This document shows positions 19,701 to 37,745 of a stretch of 64,000 nucleotides of DNA, piece by piece. The number at the start of each line of letters is the position of its first letter. Positions within the stretch are counted from its first letter, which is position 1. The position numbers and the translations under genes were made by a program. The stretch is taken from the sequence record NC_019399.1; one strand, written 5' to 3'. The notes beneath the pieces are model-generated. The model searched no databases. It was not told the DNA's origin and saw only the letters and a list, made by a program, of their open reading frames with translations. The stretch is from Escherichia phage vB_EcoM_ACG-C40.

Positions 19701-19819
19701 TTGACGCATCTGGAACAACATTTGCACAATTTAGGGATTTAGTTAATAAACGTCTAAAAGATAATATAGGAAATCCAAGAGACCCTGAAAATCCAACACA
19801 GGTTAAAATAGATGAATGA
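16721..19819 (+). CDS. 7: gp7 baseplate wedge initiator
   Basis: 1032 aa; ATGA overlap with gene 6. Confidence 0.95.
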   Translation: MTVKAPSVTSLRISKLSANQVQVRWDDVGANFYYFVEIAETKTNSGENLPSNQYRWINLGYTANNSFFFDDADPLTSYIIRVATAAQDFEQSDWIYTEEFETFATNAYTFQNMIEMQLANKFIQEKFTLNNSDYVNFNNDTIMAALMNESFQFSPSYADVSSISNFIIGENEYHEIQGSIQQVCKDINRVYLMESEGILYLFERYQPVVKVSNDKGQTWKAVKLFNDRVGYPLSKTVYYQSASTTYVLGYDKIFYGRKSTDVRWSADDVRFSSQDITFAKLGDQLHLGFDVEIFGTYATLPANVYRIAEAITCTDDYIYVVARDKVRYIKTSNAPIDSDPLSPTYSERLFESDTMTITGNPKAVCYKMDSIGDKVFALIIGEVETLNANPRTSKIIDSTDKGIYVLNHDTKTWKRVFGNTEEERRRIQPGYANMSTDGKLVSLSSSNFKFLNDNVVNDPETVAKYQLIGAVKYEFPREWLADKHYHMMAFIADEKSDWETFTPQPMKYYAEPFFNWSKKSNTRCWINNSNRAVVVYADLKYTKVIENIPETSPDRLVHEYWDDGDCTIVMPNVKFTGFKKYASGMLFYKSSGEIISYYDFNYRVRDTVEIIWKPTGVFLKAFLQNQEHETPWSPEEEHGLADPDLRPLIGTMMPDSYLLQDSNFEAFCEAYIQYLSDGYGTQYNNLRNLIRNQYPREEHAWEYLWSEIYKRNIYLNADKRDAVARFFESRSYDFYSTKGIEASYKFLFKVLYNEEVEIEIESGAGTEYDIIVQSDSLTEDLVGQTIYTATGRCNVTYIERSYSNGKLQWTVTIHNLLGRLIAGQEVKAERLPSFEGEIIRGVKGKDLLQNNIDYINRSRSYYVMKIKSNLPSSRWKSDVIRFVHPVGFGFIAITLLTMFINVGLTLKHTETIINKYKNYKWDSGLPTEYADRVAKLTPTGEIEHDSVTGEAIYEPGPMAGVKYPLPDDYNAENNNSIFQGQLPSERRKLMSPLFDASGTTFAQFRDLVNKRLKDNIGNPRDPENPTQVKIDE

Positions 19820-20816
19820 TTCAAGTGTTATCTATCGTGCGATAGTTACTTCAAAATTTAGAACAGAAAAAATGTTGAATTTTTATAATTCAATTGGGAG
19901 TGGTCCGGATAAAAACACTATCTTTATCACATTTGGAAGATCAGAACCGTGGTCATCAAATGAAAATGAGGTGGGCTTTGCCCCACCTTATCCAACCGAT
20001 TCTGTATTAGGCGTAACTGACATGTGGACGCATATGATGGGAACAGTAAAAGTTCTTCCATCAATGCTTGACGCTGTTATTCCTCGCAGAGATTGGGGAG
20101 ATACTAGATATCCGGATCCATACACATTTAGAATTAACGATATTGTAGTGTGTAACTCAGCTCCTTACAACGCTACTGAATCAGGCGCAGGCTGGTTAGT
20201 ATATCGTTGTTTAGATGTTCCTGATACCGGAATGTGTTCAATAGCATCTTTAACTAATAAGGATGAATGCCTCAAATTAGGCGGAAAATGGACTCCTTCT
20301 GTTAGGTCAATGACTCCTCCTGAAGGTCGAGGAGATGCGGAAGGAACAATCGAACCTGGAGACGGATATGTTTGGGAATATCTTTTTGAGATTCCGCCCG
20401 ATGTATCTATAAATAGATGCACAAATGAATATATCGTAGTTCCTTGGCCTGAGGAATTAAAAGAAGATCCAACTAGATGGGGGTATGAAGATAATCTCAC
20501 TTGGCAACAAGATGATTTTGGATTAATTTACCGGGTTAAGGCAAATACTATCCGTTTTAAAGCATATTTAGATTCAGTTTACTTTCCTGATGCTGCATTG
20601 CCAGGAAATAAAGGATTTAGACAAATATCAATAATCACAAATCCTCTTGAAGCTAAAGCTCATCCAAATGACCCAAATGTTAAAGCTGAAAAGGATTATT
20701 ATGATCCAGAAGATTTAATGAGGCATTCGGGCGAAATGATTTATATGGAAAATAGGCCACCTATTATCATGGCAATGGATCAGACAGAAGAAATCAATAT
20801 TCTGTTTACATTTTAA
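19812..20816 (+). CDS. 8: gp8 baseplate wedge protein
   Basis: 334 aa. Confidence 0.95.
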   Translation: MNDSSVIYRAIVTSKFRTEKMLNFYNSIGSGPDKNTIFITFGRSEPWSSNENEVGFAPPYPTDSVLGVTDMWTHMMGTVKVLPSMLDAVIPRRDWGDTRYPDPYTFRINDIVVCNSAPYNATESGAGWLVYRCLDVPDTGMCSIASLTNKDECLKLGGKWTPSVRSMTPPEGRGDAEGTIEPGDGYVWEYLFEIPPDVSINRCTNEYIVVPWPEELKEDPTRWGYEDNLTWQQDDFGLIYRVKANTIRFKAYLDSVYFPDAALPGNKGFRQISIITNPLEAKAHPNDPNVKAEKDYYDPEDLMRHSGEMIYMENRPPIIMAMDQTEEINILFTF

Positions 20817-20821
20817 ATTAA

Positions 20822-20845
20822 GGGAGCCCATGGGCTCCCTTTTTC
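20822..20845 (+). terminator. rho-independent terminator after gene 8
   Basis: GGGAGCCC..GGGCTCCC hairpin followed by TTTTTC. Confidence 0.65.
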
Positions 20846-20846
20846 T

Positions 20847-20854
20847 TTATAAAT
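20847..20854 (+). promoter_or_regulatory. late promoter (TATAAATA) for gene 9
   Basis: Exact TATAAATA 26 nt upstream of the gene 9 ATG. Confidence 0.6.
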
Positions 20855-20879
20855 ACTATAAACTCATAAGGAAACCGCT

Positions 20880-21746
20880 ATGTTCATTCAAGAACCAAAG
20901 AAATTGATTGATACCGGCGAAATTGGTAACGCTTCTACTGGTGATATCTTATTCGACGGTGGTAATAAAATTAATAGTGATTTTAACGCAATTTATAATG
21001 CGTTTGGCGATCAGCGTAAAATGGCAGTAGCAAATGGCACTGGAGCAGATGGTCAAATTATCCATGCTACTGGATATTATCAAAAGCACTCTATCGCGGA
21101 GTACGCAACTCCAGTGAAAGTTGGCACTAGACATGATATTGATACCTCTACTGTAGGTGTTAAAGTTATTATTGAAAGAGGAGAACTTGGCGATTGTGTT
21201 GAATTCATTAACTCTAATGGATCAATATCAGTTACTAATCCTTTAACGATTCAGGCTATTGATTCAATTAAAGGCGTTTCAGGTAATTTAGTAGTAACTA
21301 GTCCATATAGTAAAGTTACTTTACGTTGTATTTCATCTGATAATTCTACGTCGGTTTGGAATTATTCTATTGAAAGTATGTTTGGTCAAAAGGAATCACC
21401 TGCTGAAGGTACATGGAATATTTCTACATCTGGGTCAGTTGACATTCCACTATTTCATCGTACTGAATATAACATGGCTAAATTGTTAGTTACATGCCAA
21501 TCAGTAGATGGAAGAAAAATTAAAACGGCAGAAATAAATATTCTTGTAGATACTGTTAATTCAGCGGTCATTTCTTCTGAATATGCTGTCATGCGGGTTG
21601 GAAATGAAACAGAAGAAGACGAAATCGCTAATATTGCATTTAGTATTAAAACAAATTATGTAACAGCGACTATAAGTTCTTCAACTGTCGGTATGAGAGC
21701 AGCAGTTAAAGTTATCGCTACGCAGAAAATCGGGGTGGCTCAATAA
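20880..21746 (+). CDS. 9: gp9 baseplate protein, long-tail-fibre socket
   Basis: 288 aa. Confidence 0.95.
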   Translation: MFIQEPKKLIDTGEIGNASTGDILFDGGNKINSDFNAIYNAFGDQRKMAVANGTGADGQIIHATGYYQKHSIAEYATPVKVGTRHDIDTSTVGVKVIIERGELGDCVEFINSNGSISVTNPLTIQAIDSIKGVSGNLVVTSPYSKVTLRCISSDNSTSVWNYSIESMFGQKESPAEGTWNISTSGSVDIPLFHRTEYNMAKLLVTCQSVDGRKIKTAEINILVDTVNSAVISSEYAVMRVGNETEEDEIANIAFSIKTNYVTATISSSTVGMRAAVKVIATQKIGVAQ

Positions 21747-23551
21747 TGAAACAAAATATTAATATCGGTAATGTTGTTGATGATGGTACCGGTGACTACC
21801 TGCGTAAAGGTGGTATAAAAATAAATGAAAACTTTGATGAACTTTATTATGAACTTGGCGATGGAGATGTTCCATATTCAGCCGGTGCCTGGAAAACTTA
21901 TAATGCTTCATCCGGTCAAACATTAAAAGCTAAGTGGGGAAAATCATACGCTATTAATACCTCTTCTGGAAGAGTAACTTTACAACTTCCTAAAGGAACT
22001 GTTAATGATTATAATAAAGTAATTAGAGCTAGGGATGTATTTGCAACATGGAACATTAATCCAGTTACTTTAGTAGCTGCTTCTGGGGATACAATTAAAG
22101 GGTCGTCATCGTCAGTTGAAATTAATATTCAATTTAGTGATTTAGAGCTCGTTTATTGTGCTCCAGGACGTTGGGAATATGTCAAAAACAAACAAATTGA
22201 CAAAATTATTAGTTCAGATATTAGTAATGTAGCACGTAAAGAATTTTTAGTCGAAGTTCAAGGACAAACAGACTTTTTAGATGTTTTCCGCGGAACTAGC
22301 TATAATGTTAATAACATCCGAGTAAAACACCGTGGTAATGAATTATATTACGGCGATGTATTTAGTGAAAACAGTGACTTTGGCTCTCCTGGGGAAAATG
22401 AAGGAGAATTGATTCCTCTTGATGGATTTAATATTAGGTTAAGACAGCCTTGTAATATTGGTGACACTGTTCAAATTGAAACATTTATGGATGGTATATC
22501 ACAATGGAGAAGTTCATATACAAGACGCCAAATAAAAGTATTAGATTCAAAATTAACGTCAAAAACTTCTTTAGAAGGAAGTATTTACGTTACTGATTTA
22601 TCAACAATGAAATCAATTCCATTCTCTGCATTTGGATTAATTCCTGGAGAACCTATTAATCCTAATTCTCTTGAAGTTCGTTTTAATGGAATTTTACAAC
22701 AACAGGCTGGAACAGCAGGATATCCTCTGTTTTTGTGTGAAGGTGCTAACTCAGATACGCAAGCAGGATGTATATCTCTTGGTGGTGAATGGAAAGAATC
22801 TAACACAGATTATTCTATAGAATATGAAGATGGAAAACCTGTCAGTCTTTTATTTGATAGAAAATTTGAATCAGGTGATATAATCGTTATAACATGGTTT
22901 AATAATGATTTAGGAACTCTTTTAGAAAAAGATGACATTATTGAATTAACTGATGACCGTTATGTTAGTAAAGGATCATCTACTGAAGTTACTGGGGATG
23001 TAGCCTTAACAGATTTTGATAAAATCGGTTGGCCAAATGTTGAAAAAGTTGATTCTTATACTAGAACGTATAATTCAATATCATCTATTTTCGATAGCAT
23101 TTATCCCGTAGGTTCAATTTATGAAAATGCTATAAACCCAAATAATCCGGTGACTTATATGGGGTTTGGTTCGTGGAAATTATTTGGTAAAGGACAAGTT
23201 TTAGTAGGATGGAATGATGATGTTACAGATCCAAACTTTGCATTAAACAATAATGATTTAGATTCTAGCGGAAATCCTTCACACACTGCCGGTGGAACAG
23301 TTGGAACAACGTCAGTAACGCTTGAAAATGCAAATCTTCCTGCGACTAAAACTGACGAAAGAGTTTTAATTGAAGATGAAAATGGATCAGTTATTATTGG
23401 AGGTTGTCAATATGACCCAGATGAAACTGGTCCTATATATACAAAATATCGTGAAGACTATGCAACAACAAACTCTTCACATACTCCTCCTACTAATATT
23501 AGTAATATTCAACCGTCTATTACTGTATACCGTTGGATAAGGATTGCATAA
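21746..23551 (+). CDS. 10: gp10 baseplate wedge / short-tail-fibre attachment
   Basis: 601 aa. Confidence 0.95.
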   Translation: MKQNINIGNVVDDGTGDYLRKGGIKINENFDELYYELGDGDVPYSAGAWKTYNASSGQTLKAKWGKSYAINTSSGRVTLQLPKGTVNDYNKVIRARDVFATWNINPVTLVAASGDTIKGSSSSVEINIQFSDLELVYCAPGRWEYVKNKQIDKIISSDISNVARKEFLVEVQGQTDFLDVFRGTSYNVNNIRVKHRGNELYYGDVFSENSDFGSPGENEGELIPLDGFNIRLRQPCNIGDTVQIETFMDGISQWRSSYTRRQIKVLDSKLTSKTSLEGSIYVTDLSTMKSIPFSAFGLIPGEPINPNSLEVRFNGILQQQAGTAGYPLFLCEGANSDTQAGCISLGGEWKESNTDYSIEYEDGKPVSLLFDRKFESGDIIVITWFNNDLGTLLEKDDIIELTDDRYVSKGSSTEVTGDVALTDFDKIGWPNVEKVDSYTRTYNSISSIFDSIYPVGSIYENAINPNNPVTYMGFGSWKLFGKGQVLVGWNDDVTDPNFALNNNDLDSSGNPSHTAGGTVGTTSVTLENANLPATKTDERVLIEDENGSVIIGGCQYDPDETGPIYTKYREDYATTNSSHTPPTNISNIQPSITVYRWIRIA

Positions 23552-24210
23552 TGAGTTTACTTAATAATAAAGCGGGAGTTATTTCCCGCTTAGCGGATTT
23601 TCTTGGTTTTAGAACTAAGAAAAATGATATTTCGATTATGAATAATCAGCCAGTAGGCGCTGTAACAATTTCACAAATATCAAAAGGTTTTTATGATTCA
23701 AATGTAGAATCTGCTATCAATGACGTTAGAAATATGGCAGAGCAACCGGTTGGAGCTGTATTAGTTAATATAAGCGGCGTATCTCCTACTGGCGTGCAAC
23801 AAACCGACTATTGGTCATTTGAAGGAACTGTTACTGATACTTCAGTCAAATCAGGTGACCCAGTTATTGTTAACATGTTTGGTATTCCAGTTAAAGCTAC
23901 TAATGGAATGACTTCAATTGAATTTACTAGTGCCGTTAGAATAGCTCTACAGGAAATGGTTGTAAAATTTATTGCAATTGATTCATTTGAAGACCATCCT
24001 ACCATAGGAAATAAAATACAAGTTAAGTATTTAGATAACCAAGAACATATCTTAGAACAATACTCTGATAAAGGAATTACTTTCAAACAGGAAATAATTT
24101 CTCCTTCTAAACCTGGGTATGGAACTTGGCAATTATTAGGTGCGCAAACTGTTACGCTAGATAGTCACACACAACCTACAGTATTTTATTATTTTGAGAG
24201 AGTAGCATGA
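23551..24210 (+). CDS. 11: gp11 baseplate wedge protein
   Basis: Start placed at ATG 23551 ([10 protein letters not shown]...), giving 219 aa; the listed ORF starts 6 codons upstream. Confidence 0.9.
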   Translation: MSLLNNKAGVISRLADFLGFRTKKNDISIMNNQPVGAVTISQISKGFYDSNVESAINDVRNMAEQPVGAVLVNISGVSPTGVQQTDYWSFEGTVTDTSVKSGDPVIVNMFGIPVKATNGMTSIEFTSAVRIALQEMVVKFIAIDSFEDHPTIGNKIQVKYLDNQEHILEQYSDKGITFKQEIISPSKPGYGTWQLLGAQTVTLDSHTQPTVFYYFERVA

Positions 24211-25757
24211 GTAACAATACATATCAGCACGTATCAAATGAATCAAAATATGTTAAATTCGATCCTACTGGATCGAATTTTCCTGGCACTGTTACGACAG
24301 TACAGTCTGCATTATCAAAAATAAGTAATATCGGCGTAAATGGTATTCCTGATGCAACTATGGAAGTTAAAGGAATAGCAATGATTGCGTCAGAGCAAGA
24401 GGTTTTAGATGGAACTAATAATTCTAAAATCGTTACACCAGCTACATTAGCAACAAGATTATTGTATCCAAATGCTACTGAAACTAAATATGGTTTAACG
24501 CGTTATTCAACAAATGAAGAAACATTAAAAGGCTCAGATAATAATTCATCAATAACACCACAAAAACTGAAATACCACACTGACGATGTGTTCAAAAATA
24601 GATATTCGTCTGAGTCATCAAACGGGGTTATTAAAATATCATCTACACCTGCAGCTTTGGCTGGAGTTGATGATACTACTGCGATGACTCCGCTAAAAAC
24701 CCAAAAACTTGCAATGAAATTAATTTCGCAAATAGCTCCTTCAGAAGACACTGCAACAGAATCGGTGAGAGGAGTAGTTCAATTATCTACTGTTGCACAA
24801 ATTCGTCAAGGAACTCTCCGCGAAGGATATGCAATTTCCCCGTATACCTTTATGAATTCTGTTGCAACACATGAATATAGGGGTGTTATACGCCTAGGAA
24901 CGCAGACTGAAATTAATAATAATTTGGGTGGTGTTGCAGTAACAGGTGAAACACTAAATGGTCGAGGAGCTACCGGTTCTATGCGTGGAGTAGTTAAATT
25001 AACGACACAAGCCGGTATTGCCCCTGAAGGTGATAGCTCTGGAGCATTAGCATGGAACGCAGATGTAATTAATACTCGTGGTGGACAAACTATTAATGGT
25101 TCTTTAAATTTAGACCATCTTACAGCAAATGGAATTTGGTCACGCGGTGGAATGTGGAAAAATGGCGATCAACCTGTTGCCACTGAAAGATATGCGTCCG
25201 AACGAGTTCCGGTTGGAACTATTATGATGTTTGCGGGTGATTCAGCACCTCCAGGTTGGATTATGTGTCATGGTGGAACCGTGTCAGGTGACCAATTTCC
25301 TGATTATAGAAACGTAGTTGGAACAAGATTTGGTGGCGATTGGAATAATCCTGGCGTTCCTGATATGCGGGGTCTTTTCGTCAGAGGAGCCGGCACAGGC
25401 GGTCATATTTTAAATCAACGTGGACAAGATGGCTATGGAAAGGATAGACTGGGCGTAGGATGTGACGGAATGCATGTTGGTGGTGTTCAGGCACAACAAA
25501 TGTCATACCATAAACATGCTGGTGGTTGGGGTGAATATAACAGAAGTGAAGGCCCATTTGGCGCGTCAGTTTATCAAGGATATCTTGGAACTAGAAAATA
25601 TTCCGACTGGGATAATTCTTCATACTTCACTAATGATGGATTTGAATTAGGTGGACCGAGAGATGCTCATGGTACACTTAATCGTGAAGGATTAATTGGT
25701 TATGAAACTAGACCATGGAATATATCATTAAACTATATTATTAAAGTTCATTACTAA
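24207..25757 (+). CDS. 12: gp12 short tail fibre
   Basis: 516 aa; N-terminus [13 protein letters not shown]; Gly-rich C-terminal domain. Confidence 0.95.
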   Translation: MSNNTYQHVSNESKYVKFDPTGSNFPGTVTTVQSALSKISNIGVNGIPDATMEVKGIAMIASEQEVLDGTNNSKIVTPATLATRLLYPNATETKYGLTRYSTNEETLKGSDNNSSITPQKLKYHTDDVFKNRYSSESSNGVIKISSTPAALAGVDDTTAMTPLKTQKLAMKLISQIAPSEDTATESVRGVVQLSTVAQIRQGTLREGYAISPYTFMNSVATHEYRGVIRLGTQTEINNNLGGVAVTGETLNGRGATGSMRGVVKLTTQAGIAPEGDSSGALAWNADVINTRGGQTINGSLNLDHLTANGIWSRGGMWKNGDQPVATERYASERVPVGTIMMFAGDSAPPGWIMCHGGTVSGDQFPDYRNVVGTRFGGDWNNPGVPDMRGLFVRGAGTGGHILNQRGQDGYGKDRLGVGCDGMHVGGVQAQQMSYHKHAGGWGEYNRSEGPFGASVYQGYLGTRKYSDWDNSSYFTNDGFELGGPRDAHGTLNREGLIGYETRPWNISLNYIIKVHY

Positions 25758-25766
25758 GGATTACAA

Positions 25767-27224
25767 ATGATTGAATTAAAAGAGTTACCTTTTGTTGATA
25801 GCGTTCCTGACGAAGGTCAGGAACGTATTTCATGGATTAAAAATGGTGAAGAAATATTAGGAGCTAGTACTAAGTATGGAAATGATGGATCAATGAATAG
25901 ACCAATTGTTTCCGTGTTTAAAAACGTCGAAGTTCTTGATGAAAATGTGGGAATTCTTAAAACTGCCATTGAAACATCACAGAAAGATATTAAAACAATT
26001 CAAGGAGTTTTAGATGTATCAGGAGATATAGAAGCACTATCGCAGATCAGTGTTAATAAAAATGACATATCGAATTTAAAGACACTTACCAGTGAACACA
26101 CTGATATATTAACTGGAACTAATAATACAGTTGACAAAATTATTGCTGATATAGGTCCATTTAATGATGAAGAAAACTCTGTTTATAGAACAATTAGAAA
26201 TGATTTATTGTGGATTAAACAGGAATTAGGACAATATTCTGGCCAAGACATTAACGGTCTTCCTGTTGTTGGTAATGCTAGCACAGGAATGAAACACAGA
26301 ATAATAACAAATAGTACATTATTATCTTCACAGGGCATTCGTTTAAGCGAATTAGAAAATAAATTTACTGAATCTGACGTAGGATCATTAACTGTTGAAG
26401 TTGGTAAATTACGTGATGAACTTGGTAATAAACCAGTAGATTTTGGGCCAAATATTTATAATAGATTAAACACCATAGATGATAAACAAACTTTAATAAT
26501 TTCTGATATAGCAGAAATTAAATCTTCTATTGGATACCCAGAAAATGTTTCTATAATAACAGAAATTAATAATAACAAAAGTAGCATTGAAGCTATTAAT
26601 AATGAATTAAATCAGAGTGAAGGTGTTAAACAGCGCTTAACGGCTATTGAAACTTCTATAGGTTCAGATGATATTCCTTCTAGTATTAAAGGAAAAATTA
26701 AAAATCACACAACTTCTATTGAGTCTTTAAACGGAATTGTTGGTGAAAACACTTCGTCTGGTTTAAGAGCGAATGTTTCGTGGTTAAATCAAATTGTTGG
26801 AACTGACTCCAGCGGAGGACAACCGTCTCCTTCTGGATCTCTATTAAATAAAGTTTCAGTGCTTGAAGGAGAAGTTTCAGTTTTAAACAATAATGTTCAA
26901 AATATACAAGTTGAAATAGGAAATAATAGAACAGGAATTAAAGGTCAAGTTATTGAACTTACTTCACTTATAAATGGAAATAATCCTGACGGATCAACTG
27001 TTGAAGAACGAGGATTAACTAATTCTATAAAAACGAATGAAACCAACATTGCGGCAGTCACACATGAAGTAAATACAGCTAAAGACAATATATCCTCTTT
27101 ACAGAGCAGCGTTCAAGCTCTACAAGAAGCAGGTTATATTCCTGAAGCTCCAAAAGATGGCCAAGCTTACGTTCGTAAAGACGGCGAATGGGTACTACTT
27201 TCTACCTTTTTATCACCAGCATAA
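25767..27224 (+). CDS. wac: fibritin (whisker antigen control) with C-terminal foldon
   Basis: 485 aa coiled coil; C-terminal [27 protein letters not shown]. Confidence 0.95.
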   Translation: MIELKELPFVDSVPDEGQERISWIKNGEEILGASTKYGNDGSMNRPIVSVFKNVEVLDENVGILKTAIETSQKDIKTIQGVLDVSGDIEALSQISVNKNDISNLKTLTSEHTDILTGTNNTVDKIIADIGPFNDEENSVYRTIRNDLLWIKQELGQYSGQDINGLPVVGNASTGMKHRIITNSTLLSSQGIRLSELENKFTESDVGSLTVEVGKLRDELGNKPVDFGPNIYNRLNTIDDKQTLIISDIAEIKSSIGYPENVSIITEINNNKSSIEAINNELNQSEGVKQRLTAIETSIGSDDIPSSIKGKIKNHTTSIESLNGIVGENTSSGLRANVSWLNQIVGTDSSGGQPSPSGSLLNKVSVLEGEVSVLNNNVQNIQVEIGNNRTGIKGQVIELTSLINGNNPDGSTVEERGLTNSIKTNETNIAAVTHEVNTAKDNISSLQSSVQALQEAGYIPEAPKDGQAYVRKDGEWVLLSTFLSPA

Positions 27225-27227
27225 CAT

Positions 27228-27243
27228 GGGGCCGCAAGGCCCC
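27228..27243 (+). terminator. GC hairpin after wac (weak terminator or RNA stability element)
   Basis: GGGGCC-GCAA-GGCCCC; no clean U-tract. Confidence 0.4.
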
Positions 27244-27255
27244 AAAGGATTTTAA

Positions 27256-28957
<1,702 letters not shown>

Positions 28958-28998
28958 TAAATATTATAAACTAATTAAAGCCCAGATTAGGAGAAATC

Positions 28999-32139
<3,141 letters not shown>

Positions 32140-32167
32140 TATTAAAGCATATTAAAGAGGATTAAAA

Positions 32168-34147
32168 ATGACTTTATTATCTCCGGGCATTGAGCTCAAA
32201 GAAACTACGGTTCAAAGCACCGTGGTTAATAACTCTACTGGTACAGCAGCTTTGGCCGGTAAATTCCAGTGGGGTCCTGCTTTTCAGATTAAACAGGTTA
32301 CAAACGAAGTAGATTTAGTTAATACTTTTGGTCAACCTACAGCTGAAACTGCTGACTATTTTATGTCTGCAATGAATTTCTTACAATATGGAAATGATTT
32401 GCGAGTTGTGCGCGCTGTCGATAGAGATACCGCTAAAAACTCATCTCCGATTGCTGGTAATATTGAATACACAATTTCTACCCCAGGTAGTAACTACGCG
32501 GTTGGAGATAAAATCACGGTCAAATATGTTTCAGAAGATGTTGAAACAGAAGGTAAAATTACCGAAGTAGATGCTGATGGAAAAATTAAGAAAATTAATA
32601 TTCCTACTGCAAAAATTATTGCTAAAGCTAAAGAAGTTGGCGAATACCCAACATTAGGTTCTAACTGGACTGCAGAAATTTCTTCATCTTCTTCCGGTTT
32701 AGCTGCAGTAATAACTCTTGGAAAAATTATTACTGATTCCGGTATTTTATTAGCTGAAATTGAAAATGCTGAAGCTGCTATGACAGAGGTTGACTTTCAA
32801 GCAAATCTCGAAAAATACGGAATTCCAGGAGTAGTAGCTCTCTATCCAGGCGAATTAGGCGATAAAATTGAAATTGAAATCGTATCTAAAGCTGACTATG
32901 CGAAAGGCGCTTCTGCATTACTGCCAATTTATCCAGGCGGTGGTACTCGTGCATCTACTGCTAAAGCTGTATTTGGATATGGGCCGCAGACTGACTCGCA
33001 GTACGCTATTATAGTTCGTCGAAATGATGCTATTGTTCAAAGCGTTGTTCTTTCAACTAAGCGTGGTGAAAAAGATATTTACGATAGTAACATCTATATT
33101 GATGACTTTTTCGCAAAAGGTGGTTCAGAATATATTTTCGCAACTGCGCAAAACTGGCCAGAAGGCTTCTCTGGAATTTTAACTCTGTCTGGTGGATTAT
33201 CATCAAATGCTGAAGTAACAGCAGGAGATTTAATGGAAGCCTGGGACTTCTTTGCTGACCGTGAATCTGTTGACGTTCAGTTGTTTATTGCGGGTTCTTG
33301 TGCCGGTGAATCTTTAGAAACAGCATCTACTGTCCAAAAACACGTCGTTTCAATTGGGGATGCTCGCCAGGATTGCTTAGTATTGTGCTCACCACCGCGC
33401 GAAACTGTAGTTGGAATTCCTGTAACTCGTGCAGTAGATAATTTAGTTAACTGGAGAACTGCGGCAGGTTCATATACTGATAATAACTTTAATATTAGTT
33501 CAACCTACGCAGCAATTGATGGTAACTACAAATATCAGTATGACAAATATAATGATGTCAATCGCTGGGTTCCATTAGCAGCTGATATTGCCGGTTTATG
33601 TGCAAGAACCGATAACGTTTCTCAGACTTGGATGTCTCCAGCTGGTTATAATCGTGGTCAGATTCTTAACGTTATTAAACTTGCTATTGAAACTCGCCAA
33701 GCTCAGCGCGACCGTTTATATCAAGAAGCTATCAACCCAGTAACTGGTACAGGTGGTGATGGTTACGTATTGTATGGTGATAAAACAGCTACTTCTGTTC
33801 CTTCTCCATTTGATCGTATTAACGTTCGTCGTCTGTTTAATATGTTGAAAACGAATATCGGACGTAGTTCAAAATATCGTTTGTTCGAATTAAACAACGC
33901 GTTTACTCGTTCATCATTCCGCACAGAAACTGCCCAATACTTACAGGGAATTAAAGCTCTCGGTGGAATTTATGAATATCGTGTAGTTTGCGATACAACA
34001 AATAACACTCCGTCAGTAATTGATAGAAATGAGTTTGTTGCAACATTCTACATTCAACCGGCGCGCAGTATAAATTATATCCAGCTTAACTTCGTAGCAA
34101 CTGCTACTGGTGCAGATTTCGATGAGTTAACTGGTCTTGCTGGTTAA
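32168..34147 (+). CDS. 18: gp18 tail sheath protein
   Basis: 659 aa. Confidence 0.95.
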   Translation: MTLLSPGIELKETTVQSTVVNNSTGTAALAGKFQWGPAFQIKQVTNEVDLVNTFGQPTAETADYFMSAMNFLQYGNDLRVVRAVDRDTAKNSSPIAGNIEYTISTPGSNYAVGDKITVKYVSEDVETEGKITEVDADGKIKKINIPTAKIIAKAKEVGEYPTLGSNWTAEISSSSSGLAAVITLGKIITDSGILLAEIENAEAAMTEVDFQANLEKYGIPGVVALYPGELGDKIEIEIVSKADYAKGASALLPIYPGGGTRASTAKAVFGYGPQTDSQYAIIVRRNDAIVQSVVLSTKRGEKDIYDSNIYIDDFFAKGGSEYIFATAQNWPEGFSGILTLSGGLSSNAEVTAGDLMEAWDFFADRESVDVQLFIAGSCAGESLETASTVQKHVVSIGDARQDCLVLCSPPRETVVGIPVTRAVDNLVNWRTAAGSYTDNNFNISSTYAAIDGNYKYQYDKYNDVNRWVPLAADIAGLCARTDNVSQTWMSPAGYNRGQILNVIKLAIETRQAQRDRLYQEAINPVTGTGGDGYVLYGDKTATSVPSPFDRINVRRLFNMLKTNIGRSSKYRLFELNNAFTRSSFRTETAQYLQGIKALGGIYEYRVVCDTTNNTPSVIDRNEFVATFYIQPARSINYIQLNFVATATGADFDELTGLAG

Positions 34148-34163
34148 TACGGTGCATTCTAAA

Positions 34164-34181
34164 GGCCTGTTTCGGCAGGCC
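34164..34181 (+). terminator. GC hairpin after gene 18 (GGCCTG..CAGGCC)
   Basis: Stem-loop between gene 18 stop and the late promoter; no U-tract. Confidence 0.4.
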
Positions 34182-34182
34182 A

Positions 34183-34190
34183 TATAAATA
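34183..34190 (+). promoter_or_regulatory. late promoter (TATAAATA), distal, for gene 19
   Basis: Exact TATAAATA. Confidence 0.55.
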
Positions 34191-34241
34191 CACTATATCC
34201 TTAATTCTTTAATTCTATATGCCCTAGGTTAAACATAGGGA

Positions 34242-34249
34242 TATAAATA
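34242..34249 (+). promoter_or_regulatory. late promoter (TATAAATA), proximal, for gene 19
   Basis: Exact TATAAATA 15 nt upstream of the gene 19 ATG. Confidence 0.6.
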
Positions 34250-34263
34250 CTACAGAGGCTAAT

Positions 34264-34755
34264 ATGTTTGTAGATGATGTAACACGAGCGTTTGAATCTG
34301 GTGATTTTGCTCGACCTAACTTATTCCAAGTAGAAATTTCTTATCTTGGACAAAATTTTACATTCCAATGTAAAGCCACTGCTTTACCAGCTGGTATTGT
34401 AGAAAAAATTCCAGTCGGATTTATGAACCGTAAAATTAACGTAGCAGGCGATCGTACATTCGATGACTGGACTGTTACAGTAATGAACGATGAAGCTCAT
34501 GATGCTCGCCAGAAGTTTGTTGATTGGCAAAGCATTGCTGCTGGTCAAGGAAACGAAATTACTGGTGGAAAACCTGCAGAGTATAAAAAGAGCGCTATTG
34601 TTCGTCAATATGCTCGTGATGCTAAAACAGTAACAAAAGAAATTGAAATTAAAGGTCTGTGGCCTACTAACGTGGGTGAACTTCAATTAGATTGGGATTC
34701 AAACAATGAAATCCAAACCTTTGAAGTAACTCTTGCTCTCGATTATTGGGAATAA
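34264..34755 (+). CDS. 19: gp19 tail tube protein
   Basis: 163 aa. Confidence 0.95.
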   Translation: MFVDDVTRAFESGDFARPNLFQVEISYLGQNFTFQCKATALPAGIVEKIPVGFMNRKINVAGDRTFDDWTVTVMNDEAHDARQKFVDWQSIAAGQGNEITGGKPAEYKKSAIVRQYARDAKTVTKEIEIKGLWPTNVGELQLDWDSNNEIQTFEVTLALDYWE

Positions 34756-34787
34756 AATGAATGGGGAGAAATCCCCATCCTGCTTAA

Positions 34788-36412
<1,625 letters not shown>

Positions 36413-36413
<1 letters not shown>

Positions 36414-36652
36414 TGGAAGGTTTAATTGAAGCTATTAAATCAAACGACCTCGTAGCCGCTCGTAAATTATTTGCTGAAGCCATGGCTGCAAGAACGACTG
36501 ATTTAATTAAAGAAGAAAAAATCGCTATCGCTCGTAATTTCTTAATCGAAGGTGAAGAACCTGATGACGAGGATGATGACGAAGACGAAGATAGTGATGA
36601 TAAAGACGACAAAAAAGACAAAGACTCTGACGAAGACGAGGATGATGAATAA
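36413..36652 (+). CDS. 67: gp67 prohead core protein with acidic tail
   Basis: 79 aa; C-terminal D/E-rich tail. Confidence 0.9.
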
Positions 36653-37077
36653 TGCTTCTGATCCCTGAAACTCATGAATTAGTTCTCGAGAATGTCGAAG
36701 CACTTATTCCTGAAGCACAGGGTCGCTTTGACGAATTGTCTTCTGCTTTAAATAAAGACGATATAAATACAATTGTCGAGAATATGCTTGATGATGAAAC
36801 TGATTTAGCGGTTGCATTAGCTTCTATTAATGAAAATATGCCGTTAAATGAATTTATCGTTAAACATGTTTCTGCCCGTGGTGAAATTACTCGCACTAAA
36901 GATCGCAAAACCCGCGAACGTAATGCATTTCAAACTACCGGGTTGTCTAAAGCAAAACGTAGACAAATTGCTCGTAAAGCTACCAAAACGAAGATTGCCA
37001 ATCCAGCAGGTCAATCTCGTGCTCAGCGTAAGCGTAAAAAAGCTCTTAAACGCCGTAAGGCATTAGGATTAAGCTAA
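36652..37077 (+). CDS. 68: gp68 prohead core protein
   Basis: 141 aa; basic C-terminus. Confidence 0.9.
36762..36769 (+). promoter_or_regulatory. late promoter candidate (TATAAATA) inside gene 68
   Basis: Exact TATAAATA; function unproven. Confidence 0.35.
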
Positions 37078-37715
37078 TGAATGAACCCCAATTACTAATT
37101 GAAACTTGGGGTCAACCTGGCGAAATTATTGATGGCGTACCAATGCTTGAATCTCATGATGGAAAAGACTTAGGTTTAAAACCGGGTTTATACATCGAAG
37201 GAATATTCATGCAAGCGGAAGTCGTCAATAGAAATAAACGTCTTTATCCAAAACGTATATTAGAAAAAGCGGTAAAAGACTATATTAATGAGCAAGTTTT
37301 AACTAAACAAGCTCTCGGAGAATTAAATCATCCTCCACGCGCTAATGTTGACCCGATGCAAGCCGCTATCATTATAGAAGATATGTGGTGGAAAGGAAAT
37401 GACGTATACGGACGAGCTCGTGTTATTGAAGGTGACCACGGTCCTGGAGATAAATTAGCAGCTAATATTCGTGCCGGATGGATTCCAGGAGTTTCTTCTC
37501 GTGGATTAGGTTCATTGACTGACACAAATAAAGGTTATCGTATCGTAAACGAAGGATTCAAATTAACTGTAGGTGTTGATGCAGTATGGGGTCCAAGTGC
37601 TCCAGATGCATGGGTAACTCCTAAGGAAATTACCGAATCACAGACGGCGGAAGCCGATACAAGTGCCGATGACGCCTATATGGCTCTCGCAGAGGCCATG
37701 AAAAAAGCGTTATAA
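37077..37715 (+). CDS. 21: gp21 prohead core protease
   Basis: 212 aa. Confidence 0.95.
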   Translation: MNEPQLLIETWGQPGEIIDGVPMLESHDGKDLGLKPGLYIEGIFMQAEVVNRNKRLYPKRILEKAVKDYINEQVLTKQALGELNHPPRANVDPMQAAIIIEDMWWKGNDVYGRARVIEGDHGPGDKLAANIRAGWIPGVSSRGLGSLTDTNKGYRIVNEGFKLTVGVDAVWGPSAPDAWVTPKEITESQTAEADTSADDAYMALAEAMKKAL

Positions 37716-37718
37716 ATA
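37711..37718 (+). promoter_or_regulatory. late promoter (TATAAATA) for gene 22
   Basis: TATAAATA overlapping the gene 21 stop, 28 nt upstream of gene 22. Confidence 0.6.
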
Positions 37719-37745
37719 TTATTATCTAAACAACAGGACTACAAA

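Noticed and set aside
23533-23550. Longer gp11 start at 23533 and longer gp20 start at 34827
   Set aside because: The downstream ATGs at 23551 and 34839 give the T4-like N-termini, and 34839 has a properly spaced GGAG.
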